A stretch of 32,000 nt of DNA from Staphylothermus marinus F1. Its GTDB lineage: Archaea > Thermoproteota > Thermoprotei_A > Sulfolobales > Desulfurococcaceae. Numbering within the stretch: the stretch's first letter is position 1; every line of letters starts with the position of its first letter. The notes under the pieces are model-generated. The model was not told the origin of the DNA, ran no database searches, and saw nothing but the letters and a program-made list of their open reading frames with translations. Location of the stretch: positions 150,001 through 182,000 of the forward strand of contig NC_009033.1 in NCBI RefSeq assembly GCF_000015945.1, read 5' to 3'. Positions 8,234-17,288 of this stretch are shown here, one piece after another. A program made the position numbers and the translations under genes.

Positions 8234-11044
8234 TTATTTCTTTCTTGTGTAGTACCATGCTATTATTGCTATTATTATGATTATGATTATTGCTACTATT
8301 ATTGCCCATGTTGTTGTGCTTACTCCACCTGCTGCTGGTGTTGTTGGTGTTGTTGTTGGCGGAGATGTTGTCGTAGTAGTTGTAGTCGTGGTTGCTGGGG
8401 GAGTAGTTGTTGTAGTTGTGGTCGTGGTAGTAGTAGTCGTGGTAGTAGTTGTTGTAGTGGTCGTAGTTGTTGTAGTAGTCGTGGTTGTCGTAGTCGTTGG
8501 TGGAGTTAATAGCTCTCCTGTTGATAGCTTTACTCCACCGATTACAGCCATTGACTTAGCTGCTGCGTTATAACTTGATAGCATATTGTACTGGTCTTGA
8601 GCTGTTGGTGCTAGAAGGTCTATTATCATCGGTTGTACTCCTGCATTAATGGCTTGAGGATCTCCTCCTCCAAAGTTCCACTCAGTAGCGTTTCCTGCTA
8701 CTATGCTTCTCACCTTGTAAGGTGCGTATCCATCATATCCTGCTAGTGCTACTACAAAGACCCAGTCTTTAATATTAGCTACATCTGTGAGTAATGATTT
8801 GCTTACCTTGGCTACAATAGTATTGTTGTTTGATGGATCAACATAGACATCTATTGTGTTGTTGAGTGTTTCAACTGCTAATAGTTTTCCTGTTGCATCA
8901 TATAGCGCTGATAATTGTCCCTGCGGAGCAGGGGCGGAATCCCAGCCTGGCACCATTAGTAATACATAGTTCCATCCATGCCATATCTCAACGTTTAATC
9001 CTATAGTTGATGTGTTCTTCGGTAGTGTATCATCTGTTGTTAACATATAGATCTGTACGTGTTGTAGACAGAATCCGTTGGGGCCACTCCATGGATTGTC
9101 TCCTAAGTTCTTAACTGTGACCTTGAAGTATACGTTATCGGAATCCTCGTATACTCCAAACTTTAACATGTCGAAGACGCCGGGCTGGAATACTTCGTTA
9201 GTTGGATATGTTAGGTTTCCGTATCCGTTATCGTCGCCTTCAGGGTCAGTTAGTTCTCCTATGAGTGTTAACTGTGGAGCTGCAGGTTTAATGTTTATGG
9301 CGAACCATGTTATCATATTTGCTATGAATTTTGGCCCGTCTAGTGATACGTTGTAGTATTCCCATGAATACATTGGTTCATAATCACCATAAGGTGACTC
9401 TCCACTAACCACTATGATATTGTTTGATTCATTCCAATACTCGGCAGCCACCATTACAAATGTATGGTTACCTGTGCCTTGTCCATAGAATAATGGGTTG
9501 TAAACGAGAGGTGTTGGCGGGTTGTTATCACCGATATAAGCTGTATTGTAGCTCCATACAATTCTTATTAGTCCTGGGAATGTTTCGTTTACTGGATCAT
9601 GGTAGTTTCCAGATTCATCTACCCATATAACAGCGTCAGGACCATGCATCAAAATAGGCTTGGTGATACCCATGGATATGATGTCTGTCTTTAACTCTGT
9701 AACATTATCTGGTATTACCCGTGTTAGTACACGGTAGAATGCTTTAGCATTATGAATATCATCATAAACAGCAGCGAGTTCTAATCTCAACTTTGCACCT
9801 AGGAATTCTAATAAGTCATTACAAGCTTGCTGTGTAGATGGCCCTCCACCATAGTCGCTGTCACCAGCAACCCATAATGCTTTATTTCCGGTAGCTAACC
9901 AGTCTTTGATTGCTGTCATTTCATCTGGTGATAATGCAGATGTTGGCTGGCCAATAATCAATACATCAACGCCGTTTAACTCGTCGGGTGTGATCGCTGT
10001 ATCTATTATTTTCCAGTTGACAAATGTTATGTTACCCATAATGTATGATAAGTACTTGTCGCTTTCACCATGGGCTAGGTCAACTGCAACAGTTATTCTT
10101 GGTATAGAGGGCAAAATGTTAACTAAGTAATCAAACCATGTAATCATGTTCTTAATGAATTTTGGCCCGTCTAGTGATACGTTGTAGTATTCCCATGAAT
10201 ACATTGGCTCATAATCACCATAAGGTGACTCTCCGCTTACAATAATCATGTTGTTTGTCTCGTTCCAGTATTCTCCCGCCACCATAACGAATGTATGGTT
10301 ACCTGTGCCTTGTCCATAGAATAATGGATTATATACTAGTGGAGTCGGCGGGTTATTGTCGCCTATATATGCAGTGTTATAACTCCATATAATCCTCACC
10401 AATCCTGGGAATGTTTCGTTTACTGGATCATGGTAGTTTCCAGATTCATCTACCCATATAACAGCGTCAGGACCATGCATCAAAATAGGCTTGGATATGC
10501 CGGCAGAGATAAGATCTGTTCTTAACAATGTGTTATTATCTGGCATTACGCGTGTTAGTACACGGTAGAATGCTTTAGCATTATGAATATCATCATAAAC
10601 AGCAGCAAGCTCCAGTCTTAGTTTTGCTCCAAGAAACTCCAATAGATCGTTGCATGCCTGCTGTGTAGATGGCCCTCCACCATAGTCGCTGTCACCAGCA
10701 ACCCATAGAACCTTGTTGCCTTGTGCCAGCCAGTCTTTGATTGCTGTCATTTCATCTGGTGATAATGCAGATGTTGGCTGGCCAATAATCAATACGTCGA
10801 CATCTGATAATGTATCAGGTGTTATTGCATTTGTGATTTCTCTCCATTCAACCCATGATATATTGCCTTCAATATATGATAGGTATTTATCGCTTTCACC
10901 ATGAGCCAGATCTACTGCTACAACTAGTTTTTTCGCAGTATTCTGATTATTAGCGATCGCATTTCTTATTCCTAATGCTGAAGGGAATAGCATGGATAAT
11001 ACTAGCATAGCTAACAATATGAGCGATACGTATTTATAATTCAT
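8234..11044 (-). CDS. large secreted surface protein: signal peptide, two tandem ~263 aa domains, glucodextranase-C-like domain, poly-Thr stalk, C-terminal TM anchor
   Basis: Signal peptide MNYKYVSLILLAMLVLSMLFPSALG. Two near-identical domains start with VAVDLAHGESDKYLSYI and contain VDVLIIGQPTSALSPDEMTAIKDWLA-GNK-LWVAGDSDYGGG. By eye this pattern resembles a class I glutamine-amidotransferase-like / DUF4350-type fold, but that is uncertain. The segment DPEGDDNGYGNLTYPTNEVFQPGVFDMLKFGVYED resembles the glucodextranase-like C-terminal domain seen in archaeal envelope proteins. A run of more than 30 Thr follows, then WAIIVAIIIIIIIAIIAWYYTRKK. There are many N-x-S/T sequons. Confidence 0.8.
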   Translation of the reverse strand: MNYKYVSLILLAMLVLSMLFPSALGIRNAIANNQNTAKKLVVAVDLAHGESDKYLSYIEGNISWVEWREITNAITPDTLSDVDVLIIGQPTSALSPDEMTAIKDWLAQGNKVLWVAGDSDYGGGPSTQQACNDLLEFLGAKLRLELAAVYDDIHNAKAFYRVLTRVMPDNNTLLRTDLISAGISKPILMHGPDAVIWVDESGNYHDPVNETFPGLVRIIWSYNTAYIGDNNPPTPLVYNPLFYGQGTGNHTFVMVAGEYWNETNNMIIVSGESPYGDYEPMYSWEYYNVSLDGPKFIKNMITWFDYLVNILPSIPRITVAVDLAHGESDKYLSYIMGNITFVNWKIIDTAITPDELNGVDVLIIGQPTSALSPDEMTAIKDWLATGNKALWVAGDSDYGGGPSTQQACNDLLEFLGAKLRLELAAVYDDIHNAKAFYRVLTRVIPDNVTELKTDIISMGITKPILMHGPDAVIWVDESGNYHDPVNETFPGLIRIVWSYNTAYIGDNNPPTPLVYNPLFYGQGTGNHTFVMVAAEYWNESNNIIVVSGESPYGDYEPMYSWEYYNVSLDGPKFIANMITWFAINIKPAAPQLTLIGELTDPEGDDNGYGNLTYPTNEVFQPGVFDMLKFGVYEDSDNVYFKVTVKNLGDNPWSGPNGFCLQHVQIYMLTTDDTLPKNTSTIGLNVEIWHGWNYVLLMVPGWDSAPAPQGQLSALYDATGKLLAVETLNNTIDVYVDPSNNNTIVAKVSKSLLTDVANIKDWVFVVALAGYDGYAPYKVRSIVAGNATEWNFGGGDPQAINAGVQPMIIDLLAPTAQDQYNMLSSYNAAAKSMAVIGGVKLSTGELLTPPTTTTTTTTTTTTTTTTTTTTTTTTTTTTTTTTPPATTTTTTTTTSPPTTTPTTPAAGGVSTTTWAIIVAIIIIIIIAIIAWYYTRKK
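8333..8506 (-). repeat. imperfect ACN (Thr) codon tract encoding the stalk of the 936 aa surface protein
   Basis: The translation is LTPPTTTT(T x >30)PPATTTTTTTTTSPPTTTPTTP. The antisense strand reads as poly-Val, which creates the spurious ORF 8277..8573. Confidence 0.9.
9302..10921 (-). repeat. intragenic tandem duplication, two ~789 bp units (9302-10090 and 10133-10921), period 831 bp
   Basis: gaattttggcccgtctagtgatacgttgtagtattcccatgaatacattgg occurs at 9326 and 10157. Long identical blocks such as ctggatcatggtagtttccagattcatctacccatataacagcgtcaggaccatgcatcaaaataggcttgg occur in both units. My hand count at protein level is 27 differences in 263 aligned residues. Confidence 0.9.
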
Positions 11045-11229
11045 AATACTTACACCCTATGCCATAACTTTTATCAAATAAATAATATATTGCCCGGTTG
11101 TTTATTAATTGATTGGTTTGACTACATAGAGCAATTATTGGACTCTATAAGTTTGATTAAGGGATTGATTTAATTTTAACAAATACATATATATTAATTA
11201 ATAGGAGTATATTCAAGAGGTGAATATAT
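11045..11229. promoter_or_regulatory. divergent promoter region between the surface protein gene and the ABC transporter operon
   Basis: This 185 bp AT-rich spacer lies between divergent starts. It has several TATA-like elements (aaataatatatt, catatatattaatt), and gaggtga sits 7 nt upstream of the GTG at 11230. Confidence 0.4.
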
Positions 11230-13008
11230 GTGTTCAATGTAAAGGCATTAGCTATTATAGGCTTAACTATTCTACTAATACTTGGCTCGACGGCTTCAGC
11301 GATTAATGTTAAATCTACAACGGGGGCATGGCCATGGGGTAATCAAAGCGAACCATTTCCTTGGCTAGAATACCTGAAAAGCCTGCCGCATCCCACAGGT
11401 GTAACTCTGACTATTATTACAAGACATGAGAATACAATTATTATGAAGGCTAAGGAAGCATTTCTAAATAGTCCTGTTGCCAAAGAACTAGGTATTACAA
11501 ATATAGTAGCAGTCTTCGCCGGTCCGGAACAGTGGGAAACATATATTAAACAAGCACTCGATGCTGGCAGACCAATTGATATAGCATGGGGAGGTGGGCC
11601 AACACTATTCAACTATATTGATGAAAAAGGATATATTGAACCATTAGATAACACAACTCATCCAGAATACAATGCTGTCCTATACGAGATGCAGAAAATA
11701 CCTGAGAGAATCGCTGGTGCTCCAACATATAAGGTTGGAGACGATGGTTATGTGCATTGGATAGGTGCTGCTATAAGTAGCTTTGGATTCACAGTTAATC
11801 ATGACGTGATCAATAATTATAATGTACCTGTTCCAAAGAAATGGATAGACCTAACAGATCCCGTATATGCAAAGTACTTACCAGACACTCCATTAACCGG
11901 TATAGCTGATCCGACAAAGAGCACAAGCAATACTAGAATGTATGAGATAATTCTGCAAGCATATGGCTGGGATGAAGGATGGAAAGTACTAACCCTTATG
12001 GCGGCTAACGCTAAAATATACGATAGCAGTAGCGGTGTACGTGACGCAGTTATCCGTGGAGACATAGCAGTCGGTATAACTATTGACTTCTACGGATACA
12101 CAGCTATGCATCAAAACCCTGCATGTGAGTACATTATTCCCGAGAATGAAAGTATAGTAAACGCTGATCCAATAGCGATACTTAAGAATACAAGATACCC
12201 TGTACAAGCCGCAGCCTTCGTAGCCTGGGTACTCAGCGAATATGGTGGACAGCAGGTCTGGTTAGATCCAGATATTAACAGACTACCTATTAACCCAAGA
12301 GTTTTCAACACAGATATTGGCCATCAAAGACAAGATTTAAAACAAGCATTCGAAACAGCTACAGCTAGCGGAGTCATAGAGTTCAACGAAACACTATCAG
12401 GTTTAACGGAGAGAGCAATGCAGTACTACTTCAAAGCAACACTTGTAAATGCACATGATGACTTGCAAAATGTTTGGTCAGCAATTGCTCGAGCATATCT
12501 AAACGGTCAAATAACTAAGGAGCAATTCGATTATCTCGTAAACCAATTAACAAAACCATTCGAATTCACCGACCCACTTACCGGCAAGAAAACAACGTTT
12601 ACACTTGATTACGCCATAAAAATAAATGACCAATTATTACAGGGATCAATATATCAAGCATTAATGAGTGAATGGGAAGATGGAGCTAGAAACCGCTATC
12701 TAGAAACATATAATCTACTCCAACAAATACTAAGCGGCTCCCCAATCCCAACAACCACAACAACGACCACCACAACTACAACCACAACTCCCCCAGCAAC
12801 TACAACGCCTCCTACAACAACTACTCCGCCAGCAACCACGACAACGACCACTACGACTACTACCACAACAACTACTACGACAACACCAACAACTCCACCA
12901 CCAACCACACCTTCAGGAGCCGGAGGATTATCAACATCGCTAATAATAACTATAGTTATCATTGTCATAGCAGTAATAGTAGCAATATATTACTTAATGC
13001 GCAAGTAG
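11230..13008 (+). CDS. ABC transporter solute-binding protein (family 1, Fe(III)/thiamine/polyamine-type) with Thr-rich stalk and C-terminal TM anchor
   Basis: GTG start, required to keep signal peptide MFNVKALAIIGLTILLILGSTASA. The ~480 aa periplasmic-binding-protein-like body is followed by a Thr/Pro tract (12751-12912) and LIITIVIIVIAVIVAIYYLMRK. It is followed by a cognate fused permease and an ATPase. Confidence 0.75.
   Translation: MFNVKALAIIGLTILLILGSTASAINVKSTTGAWPWGNQSEPFPWLEYLKSLPHPTGVTLTIITRHENTIIMKAKEAFLNSPVAKELGITNIVAVFAGPEQWETYIKQALDAGRPIDIAWGGGPTLFNYIDEKGYIEPLDNTTHPEYNAVLYEMQKIPERIAGAPTYKVGDDGYVHWIGAAISSFGFTVNHDVINNYNVPVPKKWIDLTDPVYAKYLPDTPLTGIADPTKSTSNTRMYEIILQAYGWDEGWKVLTLMAANAKIYDSSSGVRDAVIRGDIAVGITIDFYGYTAMHQNPACEYIIPENESIVNADPIAILKNTRYPVQAAAFVAWVLSEYGGQQVWLDPDINRLPINPRVFNTDIGHQRQDLKQAFETATASGVIEFNETLSGLTERAMQYYFKATLVNAHDDLQNVWSAIARAYLNGQITKEQFDYLVNQLTKPFEFTDPLTGKKTTFTLDYAIKINDQLLQGSIYQALMSEWEDGARNRYLETYNLLQQILSGSPIPTTTTTTTTTTTTTPPATTTPPTTTTPPATTTTTTTTTTTTTTTTTPTTPPPTTPSGAGGLSTSLIITIVIIVIAVIVAIYYLMRK
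12751..12912 (+). repeat. imperfect ACN (Thr) / CCN (Pro) codon tract encoding the stalk of the solute-binding protein
   Basis: The translation is TTTTTTTTTTTTTPPATTTPPTTTTPPATTTTTTTTTTTTTTTTTPTTPPPTTP. The antisense strand gives the spurious poly-Val ORF 12696..12968. Confidence 0.9.
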
Positions 13009-13024
13009 TAGAGAAAAATCGTGG

Positions 13025-13050
13025 TTTTTATCAATAAAATATTTTTTTAA
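13025..13050 (+). terminator. oligo-T tracts after the solute-binding protein gene (possible partial terminator inside the operon)
   Basis: T5 at 13025-13029 and T7 at 13044-13050 fall in a 202 bp gap between the binding-protein gene and the permease gene. Confidence 0.3.
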
Positions 13051-13210
13051 AATTATAAATTATCATTTTAATTCATGGATAAAAATTTTGGCGAACCAAA
13101 CACTAAATTTTATTTAGGAAACCAATGTTTAATTATTTTTAAGAACATTAAATAATGTAAATAAATAGTAACCTCATTAATTAGATTTAATTATTGAGGG
13201 AGAAAAAGAA

Positions 13211-15418
13211 TTGCAGAACTATGAGCCAAGGCTAAGTCTAAAACACATGTACTTAGCAGGGTTAATTCTTGCAATAATATATCTCGTTATTCAACCCTAT
13301 ATAGCTCCAGCAGATGAAGTTGGTTTATGGGTTTTCGGAGTTTTCTACTCGTTTATTTTGTTTCTTCGAGGCATAGATTATAGGAGAATAATGTTCAGCT
13401 TCTCTCTAAGCTTTTTGGTGATCATATCATATATCTATATTTTCTTTGTTTTAGTATTAAACATACCGGGTTATCCGCGCGCTCTAGCATTCTTTCTTTT
13501 ACCCTTAATATCAATAGCAACAATGGGTTATATTAGAGATAAGATAATTTCTATAAAAGAGGCCCGTAAGCGAACTAGGATAAAAATTTCTTTTTCGACT
13601 AGGGTTAGATCTGCTGTTTATAAAATAGATCCTATAATGTGGGTCTTCATAATAGTAGGTTTTACTATTCTCATAGTATTTCTTCTAACACCTGTTTTAC
13701 TTATGCTTTATCATGCTTTTGAGGTGCCACCTGGTCAATCAGTATTTTATAATTTTGTTAGAATATTTACTAATAGGAAATATGTGAAGCTAGAGATCTT
13801 TCCATGGGAGCAGTTCTATAATAAACAAACCATAGGCGGCAGACCTGTTTATGTTGTTACAGGTATAAACTATGGTATTCTATTAAACAGTTTGATAAAT
13901 GCGGTTGTGGTGACATCAACTGCTACATTTCTCGGTATACTAGTTGCTTTTGTACTTGCAAGATATAGTTTTCCCGGCAGAAACGTCTTCAGAATATTGG
14001 CTATGATACCATTGTTTGTCACACCATTTGTTAACGCATATGTTATTAAGATACTTTTCAGCGATCAAGGTCCTATATCCCTGTTGACACAGGCACTTTT
14101 TGGTTGGGGGATTAGAATAGATAAATTAGCTGGTGTTGCATTAGCACAGATTATGGCGTTCTACCCAATAGTTTATCTAAATGCTTATTCAAGCTTTATA
14201 AACTTAGATCCGAGTATGGAGGAGCAAGCAGAGAATCTAGGTGCTAAAGGTTTAAGACTTTTCTTAACCGTGACGCTTCCATTAGCATTGCCTGGTATCG
14301 TAGCTGGTTCTGTACTAGTGTTTATATTTAGCTTAGAAGACCTTGGCGCACCCATTGTTTTCCAAGAAGACAGACTTATGAGTTATCAAATCTATAGTAG
14401 TTTCACTTCGGAGACGGGGATAGTATCACCTGAGATAGCAGCATTAGGTTTTGTAATGTTATTCTTAGCCGCTATGGGCTTCTTAGCTATTAGGAGCTAT
14501 GTAGGTATGAGATCATATGCTATGATCAGCAGGGGTGGTAGATGGACTTTACGTGAGAGAAGGCTTGGATGGAAAGGACTACTATTTGTTTACTTATTCC
14601 TATTACCATTAATCCTATTTACTGCAATGCCACAAATAGGCGTAATTCTGCTTGCATTCAATATAATGCCTCCAAGAGGGTTCGCAATAAATCTTGATCA
14701 AGCCACACCTGAATACTTTATCTCTCTATTCAAGAATCCAGATATATTTATATATATTAGAAACACTCTATCATATGCTGCTGCAGCAGTAGTATTGGCT
14801 ACTACAATAGCTATCATGATAGCATATAGTGTAAGTAGAACAAGGATTAAAGTAATAACTCCTACCATGGATACCTTAGCTACAATACCTCTCGCAATTC
14901 CTGGCCTAGTAATCGCGCTGGGATACTTCTACTTCTACTCGACATTCTTCCGTGGAACACCTCTAGATCCTACAAGTGGTCCTACAACGTTCCAAGCATG
15001 GATTGTCTTAATAATAGCTTATAGCATACGTAAATTGCCATTCGTGGTTAGATCTGTTTTTGCAGGCTTCCAGCAGGTTCATGAAGCACTTGAAGAAGCC
15101 GCATTGAATCTAGGTGCTTCTAGGTCTAAGGTTATATTTGGTGTTATACTACCATTCATACTAACATATATTATTAGTGGTGCAATCATTGGATTCATAT
15201 ATATTAGTACAGAGGTAAGCACAAGCATTACGATCGGAGGTTTAAGACCTGACCAAGCACCAATGACATTTGCGATGATGATGGCGTATAAGGGAACAAC
15301 CGTTTATGGTGTTCAAATAGCTGCTTCGATGGGAGTATTACTTATATTGTTCCAATTACTAGCTGTATCTATAGTTGTGCTTGTGTTCAAGCAGAGATAT
15401 GCATTCATAGGTGTGTAA
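13211..15418 (+). CDS. ABC transporter permease, fused two-domain type (FbpB/ThiP-like, COG1178-type)
   Basis: The 735 aa protein has many TM helices. It has two ABC permease EAA-type loops (MEEQAENLGAKGLRLFLTVTLPLALPG and ALEEAALNLGASRSKVIFGVILPF). TTG start at 13211 follows gaggga; an alternative in-frame ATG is at 13244. Confidence 0.85.
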   Translation: MQNYEPRLSLKHMYLAGLILAIIYLVIQPYIAPADEVGLWVFGVFYSFILFLRGIDYRRIMFSFSLSFLVIISYIYIFFVLVLNIPGYPRALAFFLLPLISIATMGYIRDKIISIKEARKRTRIKISFSTRVRSAVYKIDPIMWVFIIVGFTILIVFLLTPVLLMLYHAFEVPPGQSVFYNFVRIFTNRKYVKLEIFPWEQFYNKQTIGGRPVYVVTGINYGILLNSLINAVVVTSTATFLGILVAFVLARYSFPGRNVFRILAMIPLFVTPFVNAYVIKILFSDQGPISLLTQALFGWGIRIDKLAGVALAQIMAFYPIVYLNAYSSFINLDPSMEEQAENLGAKGLRLFLTVTLPLALPGIVAGSVLVFIFSLEDLGAPIVFQEDRLMSYQIYSSFTSETGIVSPEIAALGFVMLFLAAMGFLAIRSYVGMRSYAMISRGGRWTLRERRLGWKGLLFVYLFLLPLILFTAMPQIGVILLAFNIMPPRGFAINLDQATPEYFISLFKNPDIFIYIRNTLSYAAAAVVLATTIAIMIAYSVSRTRIKVITPTMDTLATIPLAIPGLVIALGYFYFYSTFFRGTPLDPTSGPTTFQAWIVLIIAYSIRKLPFVVRSVFAGFQQVHEALEEAALNLGASRSKVIFGVILPFILTYIISGAIIGFIYISTEVSTSITIGGLRPDQAPMTFAMMMAYKGTTVYGVQIAASMGVLLILFQLLAVSIVVLVFKQRYAFIGV

Positions 15419-15448
15419 AACTATGAATAATAATGGGGTTGAGAAGTT

Positions 15449-16531
15449 TTGACTCGTGTACGACTCGAAAACGTAACGAAAGTGTATGGGTCAGTAATAG
15501 CAGTTGATCATGTAAGCTTTGAGGTTGAATCAGGAGAACTTTTCACATTGCTTGGTCCAAGCGGTTGTGGAAAAACAACTACTCTTAGAATAATTGCTGG
15601 ATTTGAAGTCCCAGAAGAGGGAAAAGTGTATTTTGACGATGAAGAAGTAACATTTCTTAAACCATATCTAAGAAATACAGCGATGGTTTTCCAAAACTAT
15701 GCTTTATGGCCACATATGACAGTATATGATAATGTAGCTTATGGTTTAAGGATAAGGAGGAAACAACTTGGATTATCAGAGGAAGATATACGGAGAAAGG
15801 TTAAATGGGCTCTGGAACTAGTTAAGCTCGAAGGACTTGAAAACCGTTACCCGCTTCAATTGAGTGGTGGCCAACAACAAAGAGTTGCATTAGCTAGAGC
15901 ATTAGTGGTGGAACCCCGTGTTTTATTATTAGATGAGCCTCTAAGCAACTTAGATGCGAAACTAAGGATCGAGATGAGAGAAGAAATTAAGAGGCTTCAG
16001 AAAAAACTAGGTATTACAACAGTATATGTCACACACGATCAATTAGAAGCTATGAGTATAAGTGATAGGATAGCAGTTATGAATAAAGGCAAACTATTAC
16101 AATATGGTGCGCCGAGAGAAGTATATTTTAGGCCTATAAACCTGTTTGTAGCAGATTTCCTAGGTAGAGGCAATATATTATACGGTGAATTTCTGGGATG
16201 GGAGAATGAATATGCACTTGTAAGAATCCCTGATCTAGATGCTGATATTCTAGGTGTATCGCCCCATAAGGATCTACCTAGTAAAGTAGCTGTAGTAATA
16301 AGGCCTGAAATAATGAAGATAACAGAATCACGTGTTCCACGAGATAACTATATTGTGGGAAAAGTTGACCTAGTAATGTTCTTAGGTGATAGAGTAGAAG
16401 TTAGATTATCCACTAGTAAGACAAGCCTTGTAGTATACTTGCCAAACACTATGTATCCTACAGTCGGTCAAGAACTAAAACTTGTTGCTCCAAAAGATAA
16501 TGTTATCGTAATACCTGCACGTTGGGAATAA
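15449..16531 (+). CDS. ABC transporter ATP-binding protein (PotA/FbpC/MalK-like with C-terminal regulatory/OB domain)
   Basis: Walker A GPSGCGKTT, Q-loop MVFQNYALWPH, signature LSGGQQQRVALARAL, Walker B LLLDEPLSNLD, and H-loop VTHDQ. The TTG start gives the canonical MTRVRLENVTKVYG; the next in-frame Met is far downstream. Confidence 0.9.
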   Translation: MTRVRLENVTKVYGSVIAVDHVSFEVESGELFTLLGPSGCGKTTTLRIIAGFEVPEEGKVYFDDEEVTFLKPYLRNTAMVFQNYALWPHMTVYDNVAYGLRIRRKQLGLSEEDIRRKVKWALELVKLEGLENRYPLQLSGGQQQRVALARALVVEPRVLLLDEPLSNLDAKLRIEMREEIKRLQKKLGITTVYVTHDQLEAMSISDRIAVMNKGKLLQYGAPREVYFRPINLFVADFLGRGNILYGEFLGWENEYALVRIPDLDADILGVSPHKDLPSKVAVVIRPEIMKITESRVPRDNYIVGKVDLVMFLGDRVEVRLSTSKTSLVVYLPNTMYPTVGQELKLVAPKDNVIVIPARWE

Positions 16532-16534
16532 AAA

Positions 16535-17158
16535 TTGATCAATAAATATTCCACTATTCTGCCTATTCTCCAAAACTTATCAAAGCAAATAATGGGAGAC
16601 GACTTTAGCCATGGATACCCACATATATTAAGAGTTAGGAAATGGGCTCAGAGAATTGTAGAGGAAGAGAAGCTAGGGAATAAAATTGATGGTTTTATTT
16701 TGGAGGCAAGTATTCTCCTTCATGATATAGGTAGAGTTATTGGAGAACCCCATGCATATTATTCAGCAATTTTTACTGAGGGAATACTTAGATGGTATGG
16801 TGTGGATCAATTAACAATTAATAAAATAAAAAACGTCATACTATATCATAGTTATAGTTATTCTAGAAAAAACAATATTAAACCAGAAATAGTTGAAGCA
16901 TATATTTTAAGCGATGCAGATAAACTAGATGCTCTGGGTATAATAGGTTTTCTCCGAGTCTTTCATTATTCCTGGCAAAATAATAGATCTCTCAAGGATA
17001 CACTAAATCATTTCTACGAGAAAATATTGAATTTAAAAAAGCTAATGTATTTTGAATATAGTAGGAAAAAAGCTGAAGAATTAACGAATAGAATATTACA
17101 ACTACTTGATATGCTATCTAATGAATTAGATACAAAATATTTTATAAAACAAGTTTAA
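16535..17158 (+). CDS. HD-domain metal-dependent phosphohydrolase
   Basis: HGYPHILRV ... LLHDIGR ... YHSYS ... LSDADKLDALG is the HD superfamily His...HD...D pattern. TTG start at 16535; an alternative ATG is 19 codons in. Confidence 0.7.
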   Translation: MINKYSTILPILQNLSKQIMGDDFSHGYPHILRVRKWAQRIVEEEKLGNKIDGFILEASILLHDIGRVIGEPHAYYSAIFTEGILRWYGVDQLTINKIKNVILYHSYSYSRKNNIKPEIVEAYILSDADKLDALGIIGFLRVFHYSWQNNRSLKDTLNHFYEKILNLKKLMYFEYSRKKAEELTNRILQLLDMLSNELDTKYFIKQV

Positions 17159-17288
17159 TACAATCTTAACATTATATAGAAATAAACCTATATAGGTAGG
17201 CATATAAAATAATTCATGATAGACAAGAGGTGCAACATATTTGTTACCATACCCATATATTGGACTATATTTTCTCGGAATAGAGGAG

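Noticed and set aside
8277-8573. 98 aa ORF on the plus strand rich in poly-Val (and its mirror, the 90 aa ORF 12696..12968 on the minus strand)
   Set aside because: These are the antisense reading of the ACN Thr-codon tracts of real genes (GTN = Val). They have no start context and no independent coding signal.
7839-12912. Repetitive tracts checked as possible CRISPR arrays or satellite DNA
   Set aside because: There is no repeat-spacer periodicity. They are in-frame codon repeats within long ORFs that continue into TM anchors.
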